Position numbers and translations under genes: made by a program. From contig OX597824.1 of the NCBI GenBank assembly GCA_951406725.2, positions 21,390,001 through 21,454,000 of the forward strand: a DNA stretch of 64,000 bases, written 5' to 3'. Below, piece by piece: positions 35,464 to 49,194 of this stretch (position 1 is the stretch's first letter; each line of letters begins with the position of its first letter). The stretch comes from Octopus vulgaris (taxonomy: Eukaryota). The notes beneath the pieces are model-generated. The model was not told the origin of the DNA. It searched no databases and was given only the letters and a program-made list of their open reading frames with translations.

Positions 35464-35678
35464 GCGAGCTGGCAGAAACGTTAGTACACCAGGTGAAATG
35501 CTTAGCGGTATTTCGTCTGCCACTATGTTCTGAGTTCAAATTCCGCCGAGGTCGACTTTGCCTTTCATCCTTTCGGGGTCGATTATATAAGTACCAGTTA
35601 CGCACTGGGGTTGATGTTATCAACTTAATCCGTTTGTCTGTCCTTGTTTGTCCCCCTCTATGTTTAGCCCCTTGTGGA
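35464..35678 (+). mobile_element. SINE family A
   Basis: Same family sequence. Confidence 0.8.
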
Positions 35679-35679
35679 C

Positions 35680-35918
35680 TGGTTACACCTCTGGCATAGG
35701 CTACGAGGTTATGGTCTCACTTGGCTCACCGGGTCTTCTCAAGCACAGCATATTTCCAATGGTCTTGGCCACTGGTCATTGCGTCGATGAGGCCTAATGT
35801 TTGAAGGTCGTGCTTCACCACTTCATCCCAGGTCTTCCTGGGTCTACCTCTTCCATAGGTTCCCTCAACCGCTAGGGTGTGGCACTTTTACACACAGCTA
35901 TCCTCTTCCATTCTTGCC
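35680..35918 (-). mobile_element. RTE LINE ORF C-terminus plus the start of the 3' UTR
   Basis: - strand CHTLAVEGTYGRGRPRKTWDEVVKHDLQTLGL..WKYAVLEKTR. Confidence 0.8.
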
Positions 35919-36415
35919 TTAACTGGTACTTATTTTATTGACCCCAAAAGGATGAAAAGCAAAGACGACCATGATGGAGTTTGAACTCAGAACATACAGA
36001 GGGATGAAATGCCACTAAGCATTTTTCTGGCGTGCTGACGATTCTGCCAGCTCACTGCCTTAGCATCTCTGTATAATAATGTCGGTTGGTGGATTGATTT
36101 GTCAAGTCATACTTTACATTGTATAGAGAGAGGAGAGACAGACTAAAAGAGAGACAGAGAGGGAGAGTCAACATTAGAGGTGTAGAATGAGTGGAAAGAA
36201 TCATGGACATAAAGGAGGGAGGAGTAAATGACAGAGTAGGCATGGGAAGGGTTATACAAATTAGAAATTTCTGTTTAGTTTCATTATTGGTATTATGAAG
36301 AGCATTCTTGGTATTAAGAAAGGCATTCAGCCATAGAAAGCATGTTAAGGCAAACATTGGAGTGAACTGGAACCAAACCATCCAAACGAGGCCAACATGG
36401 AAAATGGACTTTAAA

Positions 36416-36480
<65 letters not shown>

Positions 36481-36504
36481 ACTGTTGCTGCTGCTGCTGT
36501 TGTT

Positions 36505-37092
36505 GTTGTTAAGCAACAAGACGGGTAAGGGTGATTAGGTGATGGTCTAGGGCTTAGGGGCGGGAGACCCCAGACCTTGGGAAAAAAACAAAAGAACTTT
36601 GGTCGTCTTGTTGTAGTCGAGGGCTCTTCGTTGATGCCCGACACCACTGGGAGGTGGCCCTCGAAGTTGCTGGAAATGGAGATCTCCAGGTCCAAATTCT
36701 GGAACGGCTGCTGCTGATGATGTTGATGTTGATGTTGATCGTAGCAGTCTTCTGTAATGAGAGAAGTCCGAAACGTGGTCCTTTGCTATTTGTAAGACCC
36801 GCAGAAGAGAAAGCAGGTCAACCCCTGACACTGAGAGCATCGATGGAAGGATAAATGTGCATCCAGGCTCAGCGGTTGCGTAGGAAGTCGGGGACAAGAA
36901 ACAGGAAGAAAGAGTGAGAGAAAGTTGGAGCGAAAGAGTACAACAGGGGTCGCCACCACCCCCTGCCGGAGCCTCGTGGAGCTTTAGGTGTTTTCGCTCA
37001 ATAAACACATACAACGCCTGGTCTGGGAATCGAAACCACGATCCTCCGATCGAGAGTCCGCTGCCCTAACCACTGGGTCATTGCACCTCCAC
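36505..37092 (-). mobile_element. SINE family D, full length with a long 3' part (3' part repeated at 57995-58195)
   Basis: tRNA-like head at 37020-37092; 3' segment close to identical to 57995-58195. Confidence 0.7.
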
Positions 37093-37454
37093 TGCTGCTG
37101 CTGATGTATATTGTATTTATTGATACTACCCATAGTGGTAAAAGTGTATTTTCAAAGTTGCCTGTCGTATGACCAGTAACATGTTTAGTTTCAATGATAA
37201 TTCGTCAGAAATTGCTCATAGGTACCAAAATAATTCAATCCATAGGTGCCAGCATAGTTGTGTGACAAAGAAGTTTGCTTCACAACCACGTGGTTTCAGG
37301 TTCAATCCCATTGAGTAACACCTTGGACAAGTATGTTTTACTTATAACTATGGGTTAACCAATGCTCCAGTTACACATGTTCTGCTTTGTCACTTTTGCA
37401 AGAGACCCAATCATTGGCCCTTTAGAAAACTGTAACCAACAATGCTGTTACTCT

Positions 37455-37860
37455 TACTCTTTACTCTTTTCACTCTTTTACTTGTTTCAGTCATTTGACT
37501 GTGGCCATGCTGGAGCACCGCCTTTAGTCAAGCAAATCGACCCCAGGACTTATTCTTTGTAAGCCTAGTACTTATTCTATCTGTCTCTTTTGCCAAACCG
37601 CTAAGTTACGGGGATGTAAATACACCAGCATCGGTTGTCAAGCGATATTGGAGAGACAAGCACAGAAACACAAACACACACACATATACATATATACGAC
37701 GGGCTTCTTTCAGTTTCCGTCTACCAAATCCACTCACAAGGCTTTGGTCGGCCCGAGGCTATAGTGGAAGACACTTGCCCAAGGTGTCACACAGTGAGAC
37801 TGAACCCGGAACCATGTGGTTGGTAAGCAATCTACTTACCACACAGCCACTCTCACGCCT
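37455..37860 (-). mobile_element. SINE family B
   Basis: Full-length reverse copy. Confidence 0.8.
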
Positions 37861-37976
37861 CACAAATATATGATAAAACACTGTCCTAGGTAACACATTC
37901 AACTACTTCAAGTGGTGAGATTCCAGCTTAAGATTCACTACTTTGGAACAATATAGACTTACCTCATCAGTCATTG

Positions 37977-38592
37977 TGAAGGCACATGGCTCAGTGGTTA
38001 GAATGTCAGGTTTGCAGTCATGCGGTTGCGAGTTCGATTCCTGGTCCAGGCTGTGTGTTGTGTTCTTGAGCAAGACACTTTATTTCACGTTGCTCCAGTT
38101 CACTCAGCTGTAGAAATGAATTGTGATGTCACTGGTGCCAAGCTGTATCGGCCCCTTTGCCTTACCCTTGGATAACATCGGTGGTGTGGAGAGGGGAGAC
38201 TGGTATGCATGGGTGACTGCTGGTCTTCCATAAACAACCTTGCCTGGACTTGTGCCTCGGAGGGGTACTTTCTAGGTGCAATCCCATGGTCATTCATGAC
38301 TGAAGGGGGTCTTTTATATGTCCAGGTTGTGTGTTGTGTCCTTGAGCAAGGCACTTTATTTTACGTTGCTCCAGTTTACTCAGCTGTAGAAATGAGTTGT
38401 GACGTCACTGGTGCCAAGCTGTATCGGCCCCTTTGCTTTTCCCTTGGATAATACTGGTGTCATGGAGAGGGAAAGCTGGTATGCATGGGCGACTGCTGGT
38501 CTTCCATAAACAACCTTGCCCGGACTTGTGCCTTGGAGGGGTACTTTCTAGGTGCAATCCCATAGTCATGCATGACCAAAGGGGGTCTTTAC
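37977..38592 (+). mobile_element. SINE family E, tandem dimer
   Basis: Body repeated at 38040-38313 and 38320-38592. Confidence 0.75.
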
Positions 38593-41465
38593 CTTTCAGT
38601 CACCTTTGCTGGCCCAGGTGGATAACACCTGTAAATATCTCTGTCTCTGTGTCCCTCTGAATCAGCTCTATCAACCCACCCGAGGCCACCCTGGATTCTA
38701 TGATACAAACTTCCTGTCATAAAATGACCTAAATTAAAATCCCATAACAAAATTCTTGTTAATTTGTTTTCCAAACACGTGCTTAATAACCATAAAATGA
38801 CTATACTACTAGTATAACCCCAGGCAGATTCTCCACCAACTGGTTATCGGTGCAAGCTCTGCACCCTTTATATACAATATATATACACATACATACACAC
38901 ACACACACACACATACGTGCACGCACACACAAGTGTGTGTGTGTGTATGTATAGTGTACACTGGACAAAATGCTGCTAAGCATTTTGTCTGTCGTTATGT
39001 TTTGATTACTGGCGGTACCCCGACATGGGTGGATCTTTCAGGCTGTAATGCATGAAAGAAATGAAGGAAAGCCTTTAAAATGGATATTAAAATCTGTTTA
39101 AAACGCAATATAAATATTCAAAGTTAAAAAAAAAAACAAAAGAGAATTCTTTTGTTCTTCAGGTTTAGAAATGAATTAGACATTTATTTATAACAGAGAA
39201 AACGAAAAAAAAAAATTTTTTTTATTTGCTTCTCATCATTTTTCTATTCTGTTTTTTTTTTTTTCCTACGTATTACTGAAATGTAACATTGTATACTTTG
39301 GAAAGAAACTGTTTTGCTTTACGATAAGATTGCTTTCTTCACGGGGAGTACGCTATATCTGGTTGTGTATCATATACTGTGACTCACAAGAATGGAAGCT
39401 ATTAAGTTCACTTAGCAGTTTATCGTAGCTTTTGTTGATAATGCTATCGTAGGAAGAAAGGAATAAACTGCTTGTGGCTGATTAATTCAGAGAGATCCAA
39501 CAAACACTACAGCTCGTATTCCATTTGCAGCAGTGATTGCTGAGTTACAGCAAAGAAACTAACAATACATATATATATATATATAGAATAAAGAGAAGAA
39601 TTCTAAATATCGATGTTTTCCTTTATTAAAACTAATCAAACGAAGAAAGGATAATTATTTAACTCTATAACGCCTACGCTTGATAATTCTTGATGCTTCA
39701 AAACGTCGTGTGCTCCTGAGAAGAAAATGACAAAATTAAAAAACTTGGATGAGACCTCTTAAGGCTCATTTGTTATATTTTAACAAAAATTAATGCATCC
39801 AAGCAATGTTTAATTGGATTTTAATTTAGGCAGAAATTTTTGAAGGAGGTATATGGTTAATATCATTAACCCCTAATACTTTATCTTCTAAAACCCCAGA
39901 AGGATGAAGGGGCAAAGTTGAAGTCAACAGGATTTGAATTCAAAATGTATTGAGACAGAAGAAATACCATCGGCCACCAATATATGACTGGTACCTTGTT
40001 TTATTGGCTCCAAAGGTATAAAAGGCAAAATAGAATGTATAGAGCCAGAAGAAATACCATGGGACCCAATATATGACTGGTACCTTGTTTTATTGGCTCC
40101 AAAGGTATAAACGGCAAAATAGAATGTATAGAGCCAAAAGAAATAACATAAGGCAATTTGTCCCATGCTCCAATGATTCTGCTAATTTATCTTACCATCA
40201 TCATCATCATCATCATTTAACATCTGTTGTCCATGCTGGCATGGGTTGGACGGTTTGGCCAGAGCTGGTGGCAAGCTGGAGAGCTGTACCACCAAGTGCC
40301 AGTCTGACTTGGCTCCGTTTCTACAGCTGGATGCCCTTCCAAACGCCAGAGTGCTTTTTACATGGCACCGGCACGGGACTCTTACAGACCAATCCTTTTC
40401 ACCAATGGGAACTGGCCTTAAAACACTTCTGCTGTGGAGAACGGGTCTTCTTTATTTCATTAAATTGGCTATGAAAGCTGTACACAGATGAAGAAGCTGC
40501 TGGCTGGACAAAGACATTAATGAGATGAGATGAATGATGAACGGGATGATATTAATGAGAGAAGGCAAAAGATGCCCGCTGATCTTTGCTTCTCTAAATC
40601 ATTGTTCTTTTGTGAACTTACAATTTGAGGCAATAAACCTCTTACCAATATTTCTTTTGGACTCAAGGTCCTTACAAGGAGGCACTAAGCCTCTTACCTC
40701 AAATAACACCATGTCCTTGAAATGAGGCACTTGGCCTCTTACAATTCTCTTCTTATGGGCCATATTACCCTTACAATATGAGGCACTCATCCTCTTACTT
40801 TTACAATTTACCGCCCCGCCGGCACCTGACCCGTCATGAAGTGTCACTCAGGTACTCCAATAGTGCCAGATCAGGGTACCTCGATCAGAGGCAGAATATG
40901 TCCACAGGGAAGGAGTCCATTTCAGGTTATATCTCCTCCCCTGGAAAGCTTTTTAAAAAGCTTTCCCATTGCCTCTCACTTTCTGGGGAAAACCACCAAA
41001 TATTGTTCCTCCGTTGGGTCGAGGCTACAACTTTCTCCATCGGTGGCACAATTCCCACCGACGGGGCTTCGGAACATACCAGCGGTGTATTAACCTTCGG
41101 CACTGTCGGGTCTTCTTGAGTACAGCAAAGTGCCAGGTATCTTGGACCTTTGTGATCTCATCTATGCAATTATAATAACAGGCATTTATTGCAGAAGGTT
41201 TTTCTTCTGTGGAATTACTATTTGTGAGTAAATGGGTGAATTAACTGAGTTGTTAGAGTGTCAAATACAATGCATTGCCAATATTTATTCCAACCCCTTG
41301 TATTCTGAGTTCAAGCCCCACTGGAGTCATCTTTGTGTTTTATCCAGACAGACATTACACAAAATAACAAGCAAATGTATAATTACTGTGATAACGATCT
41401 ATTTGTTTGTTTGTTTACTTAAGTCATTCATTAAGGATTTAAAATTGTTCCTTTATCTTTTTCAG

Positions 41466-41582
41466 TCACAGAGATTTAAAACCAGAAAATTTGCTTTTAG
41501 ATGAAAAGAATAATATTAGAGTCGCAGATTTCGGAATGGCATCGTTACAAGTTGAAGGGTCAATGCTGGAAACAAGCTGTGG
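41466..41582 (+). CDS. BRSK2: BRSK/SAD-1 kinase exon (117 nt): [38 protein letters not shown](G)
   Basis: tctttttcag acceptor and GG|gtaag donor; HRDLKPEN catalytic loop, DFG, and activation-loop Thr (LETSCG, the LKB1 site of AMPK-related kinases). Confidence 0.97.
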
Positions 41583-41836
41583 GTAAGAAATTCTTTCAAC
41601 TGTTTTATTTAAAGAATTCCAAAAATTTTTTCCCATTTGTTCTCTCTCTCTCTTTCTTGTTTTTTTTTAAATTTTTTGTTTTTGTTTTCTATAAATCTAA
41701 ACAACTTTTGAATAGTAATGATTGTTACATTTGAAAAGTAAAACTTGAATAGTTCAAGAAATTTTTTACCACTATTTATAATATTCTTCAAGTTACAGGA
41801 ATGAATAGAGATATGGTTTACAAAATGAAAAGTTCT

Positions 41837-41868
<32 letters not shown>

Positions 41869-42029
41869 GTATGCTTGTATGTACATATATACTTGTATGT
41901 GTATATGTGGTGTTTAATTTTTTAAGATTGGTCATATACGCCTTCTCGAAATGTTTAAGTCTCAGATTTAAAATTTTTCATGTGTGTATGTGTGTGTGTT
42001 TATTTCCCTCCATCTCTCTCTCCCTCTCT

Positions 42030-42031
42030 CT

Positions 42032-42082
<51 letters not shown>

Positions 42083-42445
42083 TATACACACATGCATACT
42101 CAAATGAAGACTGACACATGTGACCATGTACACACATACACACTTCACACAAGAACACATATGGAGACATGCAACCATACATACAGACACAGTACATAGT
42201 CACAAAAACCCATACACAGACACACTCTGACATGAACATACAAGGAGACAGAAGTACACACACAGACACACACACACACAAAAAACATGAACACATAAAT
42301 ATGCAGAATACATAAATACAAACATACACACATACATCTATACATGCATGCACACACACATGCATACATATACATGCATACATACATACTTACATACATG
42401 TGTATGTATGCGCACACAAACTGACCCACACACATGCACAGAAAC
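42030..42445. repeat. Degenerate (CA)/(CATA) low-complexity tract
   Basis: Directly visible. Confidence 0.9.
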
Positions 42446-43352
42446 AAACAAAAGAATGCAGCTCAGATAACGGACAGAGTCAATGACTATTGAAAAAATG
42501 TTGCAAGATGCAACGAAATTTTAGAAAAAAAGAAATAATAAATGAGTGGAAACTTTACCAGTGAGTGTGTTTAATAATTAGGCACTCAAAGAAAATGACC
42601 CTCCCCAGACACAATATATATATATATGTATATCATCATCATCATCGTTTAACGTCTGCTTTCCATGCTAGCATGGGTTGGATGATTTGACTGGGGACTG
42701 GCAAACCAGAAGGCTGCACCAGACTCCAATCTGATCTGGCAGAGTTTCTTACAGCTGGATGCCCTTCCTAACGCCAACCACTCCAAGAGTGTAGTGGGTG
42801 CTTTTACATGCCACTGGCACAGGGGTCAGTCAGGCGGTACTGGCAATGGCATATATATATATATATAATAGATGCATATACAGATACAGTAGCCAGATAT
42901 TTTAGGTATATTGAATGGGGACAAAAATATAAAACAAACAGAATAAAAAACATAGAATTGCTTTCTTTTTCTTTCTCTTTATTTTTGTACACATAATTTG
43001 AAAGGTATTTATTAGATGGCTGTAACTTATTGAGAATGAAAAAACAAAAAAAGAAAATCAAACAATATTCTTTACTGTATAAGTATGTTAAATTGTATTG
43101 TAATATGTAATAAATTATTCAAATTCCATTGAGGTCAACTTTGCCTTTCATCCTTTCAGGGGTCGATAAATTAAGTACCTGTTGCGTACTGGGGTTGATC
43201 TAATCGACTGGCCCCCTCCCACAAAATTTCAGGCCTTGTGCCTAGAGTAGAAAAGAACATATAATTACTTAAGGGGTCAAACTTTAGCTTTTTGCTACAG
43301 ATGAATCTGAAAATTCTCTTGATCTTAACTAGTAACTGAATTTAGTAACTTT

Positions 43353-44061
43353 ACTCTTTCGTTACCAACACTGCTGAAACCGCTTCAGTTTTGAATTAAA
43401 ATACTCCATCAAACCTTAGTCACAATTTATGTTTCTAACACCAGCTTAATGATAACTAAGTTATTTTACTAAATTCTTTGTTGTATCTAAAATTAATTGA
43501 AAGAAACACAGAGCACCTCAAAATAAATATGGTAACCCTTTTGTTACCAACCCTGCTGAAATCGGCTCTGGCTCTGTAGTACAAATGCCTTGTTTCCATA
43601 AGTCCTGAATTAAAATCGTCCACCAAACCTTAGTCACAATTTATGTTCCTAACATTAGCTTAATGATGACTAAGTTATTTTACTAAATTCCTTGTTATAT
43701 TTAAAGTAATTGAAAGTAACACAGAGAACCTCAAAATAAATATGGTAAAGAAAGGGTTAACTCTTTCATTATCAACCCGGCTGAAACCGGTTCTGACTCT
43801 GTAGTACACAGAGCACCTCAAATTAAATATGGTAACCCTTTTGTTACCAACCCTGCTGAAATCGGCTCTGGCTCTGTAGTACAAATGCCTTGTTTCCATA
43901 AGTTCTGAATTAAAATCGTCCACCAAACCTTAGTCACAATTTATGTTCCTAACATTAGCTGAATGATAACTAAGTTATTTTACTAAATTCCTTGTTATAT
44001 CTAAAATTAATTGAAAGAAACACAGAACATCTCAAAATAAATACAGTAACAAAAGGGTTAA
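43353..44061. mobile_element. Tandem array of piggyBac-like MITEs
   Basis: Repeated cccttttgttacc ... gtaacaaaagggttaa units; about 300-bp duplication. Confidence 0.7.
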
Positions 44062-45251
44062 GTCACATCAGAAAACATTGTCAAACAGAACAATTCACCC
44101 ATCTTGTTTTGTAGTTATTAGCTGTGCAATGAACTGTTATGCTAACTGCACCACCTGCCCAAGAACCAAATTGTGGGTTTCTTTACTAGAGCTTCCTAAC
44201 CCGTAGGTTACAGTATAATTCTAGAAGCCACAGCAGAAAAAAATTTATTGCAAATGTTGAAGTGGATGGTAGCAGATTGCTTTTTGGTGCTATTTTAATC
44301 TACAAGTACTTTTGTGGAACCTGACTCTAATTTGCAAACTTACAGTTAGAGTTAGCTAACAGTTGAGTCCATGACGCTGAAGGTCGGGGTGAGAGAAATA
44401 AGATTCTGTTATCACCATAAAATGCTGCATGTATAACATGTTGATTTCTTAATGGTTGTACTGATATAAACGATAAAATAATATCATGTGACATTCTATT
44501 TGGGAGGTCATATGTTTTTTCTTTTCTTTTCTTTCTTTCTTTTCTTTTTTTTTTTTGGGGGAAAGAACCATTTTTAGTGAAGCTGCTTAAATGTTTGCGT
44601 GAGATAAAGCGAGTAATGTTAAATGTTGCCATCGTTTAATAGCTGGAAGACATTGAGTTGGGGAAAAAGGGACAGACAGACAGACGGAATTGGGGAAGCC
44701 AAGGATGTGTTTTTTCTTGATATTTTGACAGTATGCATTATTGAGTGATGAGTCAGTAAAGATTTCTAAGTGATTTGAGACGGACCGTTTTTATTTAGTT
44801 ACCTTAATCTATACTTTTAAGCGGTGCTTACTACGAAAATAGCTCAAGATGTTTGTGAGTGCTGTTATTAGCTGGAACTGGGAGATATTTATAGTTTGTC
44901 TACAACTTGTTATTACATCCTTGTGGCTTTTTGGTTTATGTTTCTTTAATTGCCTGTCTGTTGTCTTTTGGAACAAAGTTCTGCTACGTTTTGATTTAAA
45001 GGAAAGGAAGATGTGTTTTGTGATATTTTTGTTTGTTTCCTTATTGTTTGATAAAGGAGCACTTCATCAGTTACAATGATGAGGGTCCCAGCTGATACGA
45101 TCAACAGAATGTGCCAACCGGTAAAGCATTATAGATGTAGAAATTGTTATCTCTCCTTTAAGTATCCTTCTTGATACCATTTCTTGATATATTCATATAT
45201 CTCTGCATCCAACAATGCCTTATGAGTGAATTTGGTCAATGGAAACTGTGT

Positions 45252-45391
45252 ACTTACCGACCACATGGTTCTGGGTTCAGTCCCACTGTGTGGCACCTTG
45301 GGCAAATGTCTTCTACTATAGCCTCAAGTCAACCAAAGGCTTGTGAGTAGATTTGGTAGACGGAAACTAAAAGAAGCCCGTCGTATATATG

Positions 45392-45426
<35 letters not shown>

Positions 45427-45640
45427 ATGTTTATGTGTCTGTGTTTGTCCCCCCAACATTGCTTGACAACCAATGCTAGTGTGTTTACGTCCCTGTAACT
45501 TAGCGGTTCGGCAAAAGATACCGATAGAATAAGTACTAGACTTCCAAAGAATAAGTCCTGGGGTCGACATGCTCGACTAAATGCAGTGCTCCAGCATGGC
45601 CACAGTCAAATGACTGAAACAAGTAAAAGAGTAAAGAGAG
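45252..45640 (+). mobile_element. SINE family B
   Basis: Family sequence, slightly 5'-truncated. Confidence 0.8.
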
Positions 45641-46067
45641 AAAAGACAAATATAATTATCTTAAAGAATTTGAATTAAAAGACAGACATTTTAAAAGGTG
45701 GTAGTAGTGGTGGTGGTGGTGGATGGTTGTGGTAGTGGTCGTGGTGGATGGTGATGGTGGTGGTGGTGGTGGATGGTGGTGGTGGTAGTGGTGGTGGTGG
45801 ATGGTTGCGCTGTAGAGTTGAAGCAGACTTAAGTGCTTCAGTATCAAAAGGCTTAATATGTGTGTTAAGTTTCTTTCTTGTTGATCTGTGGATTTTCTTT
45901 TTTTTTTTTTTTTTTGCTGTCTGTTATTATAAAATGGATAGTGATGTGGGTTTTGTTGAGAATACTGATAAACTACTGATGCCGCTGATTGTTTCATGTA
46001 CCGAGATTTGCTGTTTATTTTGTAATTTAGGGTCTCCCCACCTCACTCTCTCTCTTTCTATATATAT

Positions 46068-46200
46068 ATTAATCAGCCGAAATTGCGAAGATGATCCGGT
46101 TCTTGACTGAAGATTGAAGGCTTTGAATGTCCCGTCCGTGTTTTTTGTGTCGTCTTCTAAATGTTTCACGTTCTTGTCCCAGTTTGTATTTTTTTACTTT
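46068..46200 (+). mobile_element. Short (TA)n-embedded element (also at 2935-3160 and 62285-62510), possibly Penelope-derived
   Basis: cagccgaaattgcga..ctgaaga..gaatg..cgtc..gttcttgtcc shared by three loci, all flanked by (TA)n. Confidence 0.5.
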
Positions 46201-46300
<100 letters not shown>

Positions 46301-46338
46301 TATATACATATATATATATATATACATATATATAAAAA

Positions 46339-47076
46339 GGTGGTGAGCTGGCAGAATCGTTAGCACGCCGGGAAAAATGCTTAGCAGTATTTCGTCTGCC
46401 ACTACGTTCTGAGTTCAAATTTCGCCGAGGTTGACTTTGCCTTTCATCCTTTCGGGGTCGATTAAATAAGTACCAGTTACAACTGAGGTCGATATAATTG
46501 ACTTAATCCGTTTGTCCTCTCTGTGTTTAGCCCCTTGTGGGTAGTAAAGAAATAGGTATTTCATTTGTCTTTCATCCTTTTGGGGTCGATTAATAAGTAC
46601 CAGTTGCGTATTGGGGGTCAATGTAATCAACTTAATCCCTTTGTCTGTCCTTGTTTGTCTCCTCTATGTTTAGCCCCTTGTAGGCAATAAAGAAATATAT
46701 ATATATAGGCGCAGGAGTAGCTTGCTTACCAACAACGTGGTTCCAGGTTCAGTCCCACTGTGTGGCACCTTAGGCAAGTATCTTCTCATAAAGCCTTGTG
46801 CCAACCAAAACCTTGTGAGTGGATCTGGAAGATGGAAACTGAAAGAAGCCCGTTGTGTATATATGTATATATATATGTGTGTGTGTGTTTGTCTCCACTA
46901 GCATCACTTGACAAACCGATACTCATGTATTTATGTCCCTGTAACTTAGTGGTTTGGCAAAAGAGACCAATAGAATAAGTACTAGGCTTACAAAGAAAAA
47001 GTCCTGGGGTTGATTTGCTTGACTAAAGGCGGTGCTCCAGCATGGCCACAGTCAAATGACTGAAACGAGTAAAAGA

Positions 47077-47120
<44 letters not shown>

Positions 47121-47570
47121 ATACATACATATGTATACGTATATATATCTCATATTTACATACATATATATATATATATATAGGCGTAGGAGTGGCTGTG
47201 TGGTAAGTAGCTTGCTTACCAGCCACATGGTTCCGGGTTCATTCCCATTGCGTGGCACCTTGGGTAAGCGTCTTCTACTATCGCCTCGGGCTGACCAAAG
47301 CCTTGTGGGTGGATTTGGTAGATGGAAACTGAAAGAAGCCCATCGTATATATGTATATATATGTGTGTGCGTGTTTGTGTGTCTGTGTTTGTCCCCCCAA
47401 CAACCGATGCTGTTGTGTTTACGTCCCCGTAACTTAGCGGTTCGGCAAAAGAGACCGATAGAATAAGTACTAGGCTTACAAAGAATAAGTCCTGGGGTCG
47501 ATTTGCTCGACTAAAAGGTGGTGCTCCAGCATGGCCACAGTCAAATGACTGAAACAAGTAAAAGAGTAAG
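46339..47570 (+). mobile_element. Cluster: SINE A dimer (46339-46696) and two SINE B copies (46708-47078, 47182-47570)
   Basis: Family sequences separated by (TA)n. Confidence 0.8.
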
Positions 47571-47655
47571 GATTAAAGAGAGAGTGTATATATATATATA
47601 TATATATACGCACACAAACACACTCACATATGTATATGTATATATATTTTATATG

Positions 47656-47686
<31 letters not shown>

Positions 47687-47748
47687 CAGACACACTCACG
47701 CACACATATACACACATGCATACATACATATATACAATACATACATGC

Positions 47749-47779
<31 letters not shown>

Positions 47780-48133
47780 CATTTATATATTTTCACACAC
47801 ACACACACTTGCATATATGTATATATCATCATCATCATCATCATCATTTAGCGTCCGTTTTCCATGCTAGCATGGGTTGGACGGTTCAACTGGGGTCTGG
47901 GGAGCCCGAAGGCTGCACCAGGCCAGTCAGATCTGGCAGTGTTTCTACAGCTGGATGCCCTTCCTAACGCCAACCACTCCGAGAGTGTAGTGTATATATA
48001 TATATATACACACACACGCTCACACATGATGTATATATATACAGGGAAGAACATGTACAAGGTGATGAGCAAAAAGATGATAATGTACATGAACACAGTC
48101 AAAATGAATAGAACAGAAACAAAAGTAAAATAA

Positions 48134-48165
<32 letters not shown>

Positions 48166-48796
48166 TACATATAAATTTGATGGGAAAATTATAAATGGGA
48201 AATGTCTTTTTGACAAGATTGTAACATGGAAACATGGGGATGACAACAGCGATTAGACATTACAGAAACAAGTTGGTAAAACAGACAGAGTAAAGAGTAA
48301 ATAGAATACAGTATCAACAGAAATAAAATGGCAAAAAAAAAAAAGAAACAGCTTCCCTTCATTAGATGTCAGGTAAACATCTTGTGTGGTTTCTAACACC
48401 TGCTGACATGATCGTTCTGTTTATCATTACATATTACTAATAAATTAAAACTCTCAATGTCCACATGTTATGTAAATGTACCTTTGTGTACATGCAATAT
48501 ATATATATATATACACACACATACATGCATGTTTGTATAGCTGTGATAATGTCAATAACAGATATTTAAAGATTCTTCTCATGTGCGTCTTCTCTACATA
48601 TTAATGTATATTTCAACATAGATGCCATTTCATATGATGGTATATTTACAAATCTTTCTTTTGTTTCCCTTTGTTTGCAATTCTAGATTTAAAAGCTTTC
48701 CATGCTTACAATTTTATAGCTTATATAAACCTACATTAGACATGAACTTGCAGTAAACAAACTTATAGTTGATATAAACTTGCTGTTTATATCGTA

Positions 48797-49194
48797 CTAG
48801 CAGTATCGCCCGGCGTTGCTCGGGTTTGTAAGGGAAATAACTATATAAGCATTTTTAGAGAGTTATAGCCAAAAAATAGGAAAAAAATGCATTAAAAATG
48901 GGAAAAAAATGATGGTAAATTTTTTTTTAAATCGTTGACTCATCGTAGACATTTTTAGAGAGTTACTTCCCTTATATAATAGCGAAAAAATGCATTAAAA
49001 TGGAAAAAAATGATGGTAAATTTTTTTTTAAATCATGGACTCATCGTAGACGCGTGCTAATACCCAGAAGGGCTTGATATGAATCACGACTATAAGATAC
49101 CCAGTTTTGGTTAAACTGCACCACAAAATGTGGGAGTAGTTAGGAATCTAAATCGTAGGAGACAGACACACAACTTCACTTTTATATATAAAGA
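48797..49194 (-). mobile_element. Non-autonomous Helitron-like element, family H2
   Basis: Same 3' hairpin and CTAG as H1 (ctagcagtatcgcccggcgttgctcgggtttg) but a different body; internal duplication of about 105 bp. Confidence 0.7.

Noticed and set aside
44340-44400. Possible microexon ctaacag|TTGAGTCC..GGG|gtgaga
   Set aside because: No polypyrimidine tract and competing upstream AGs; too weak to call.
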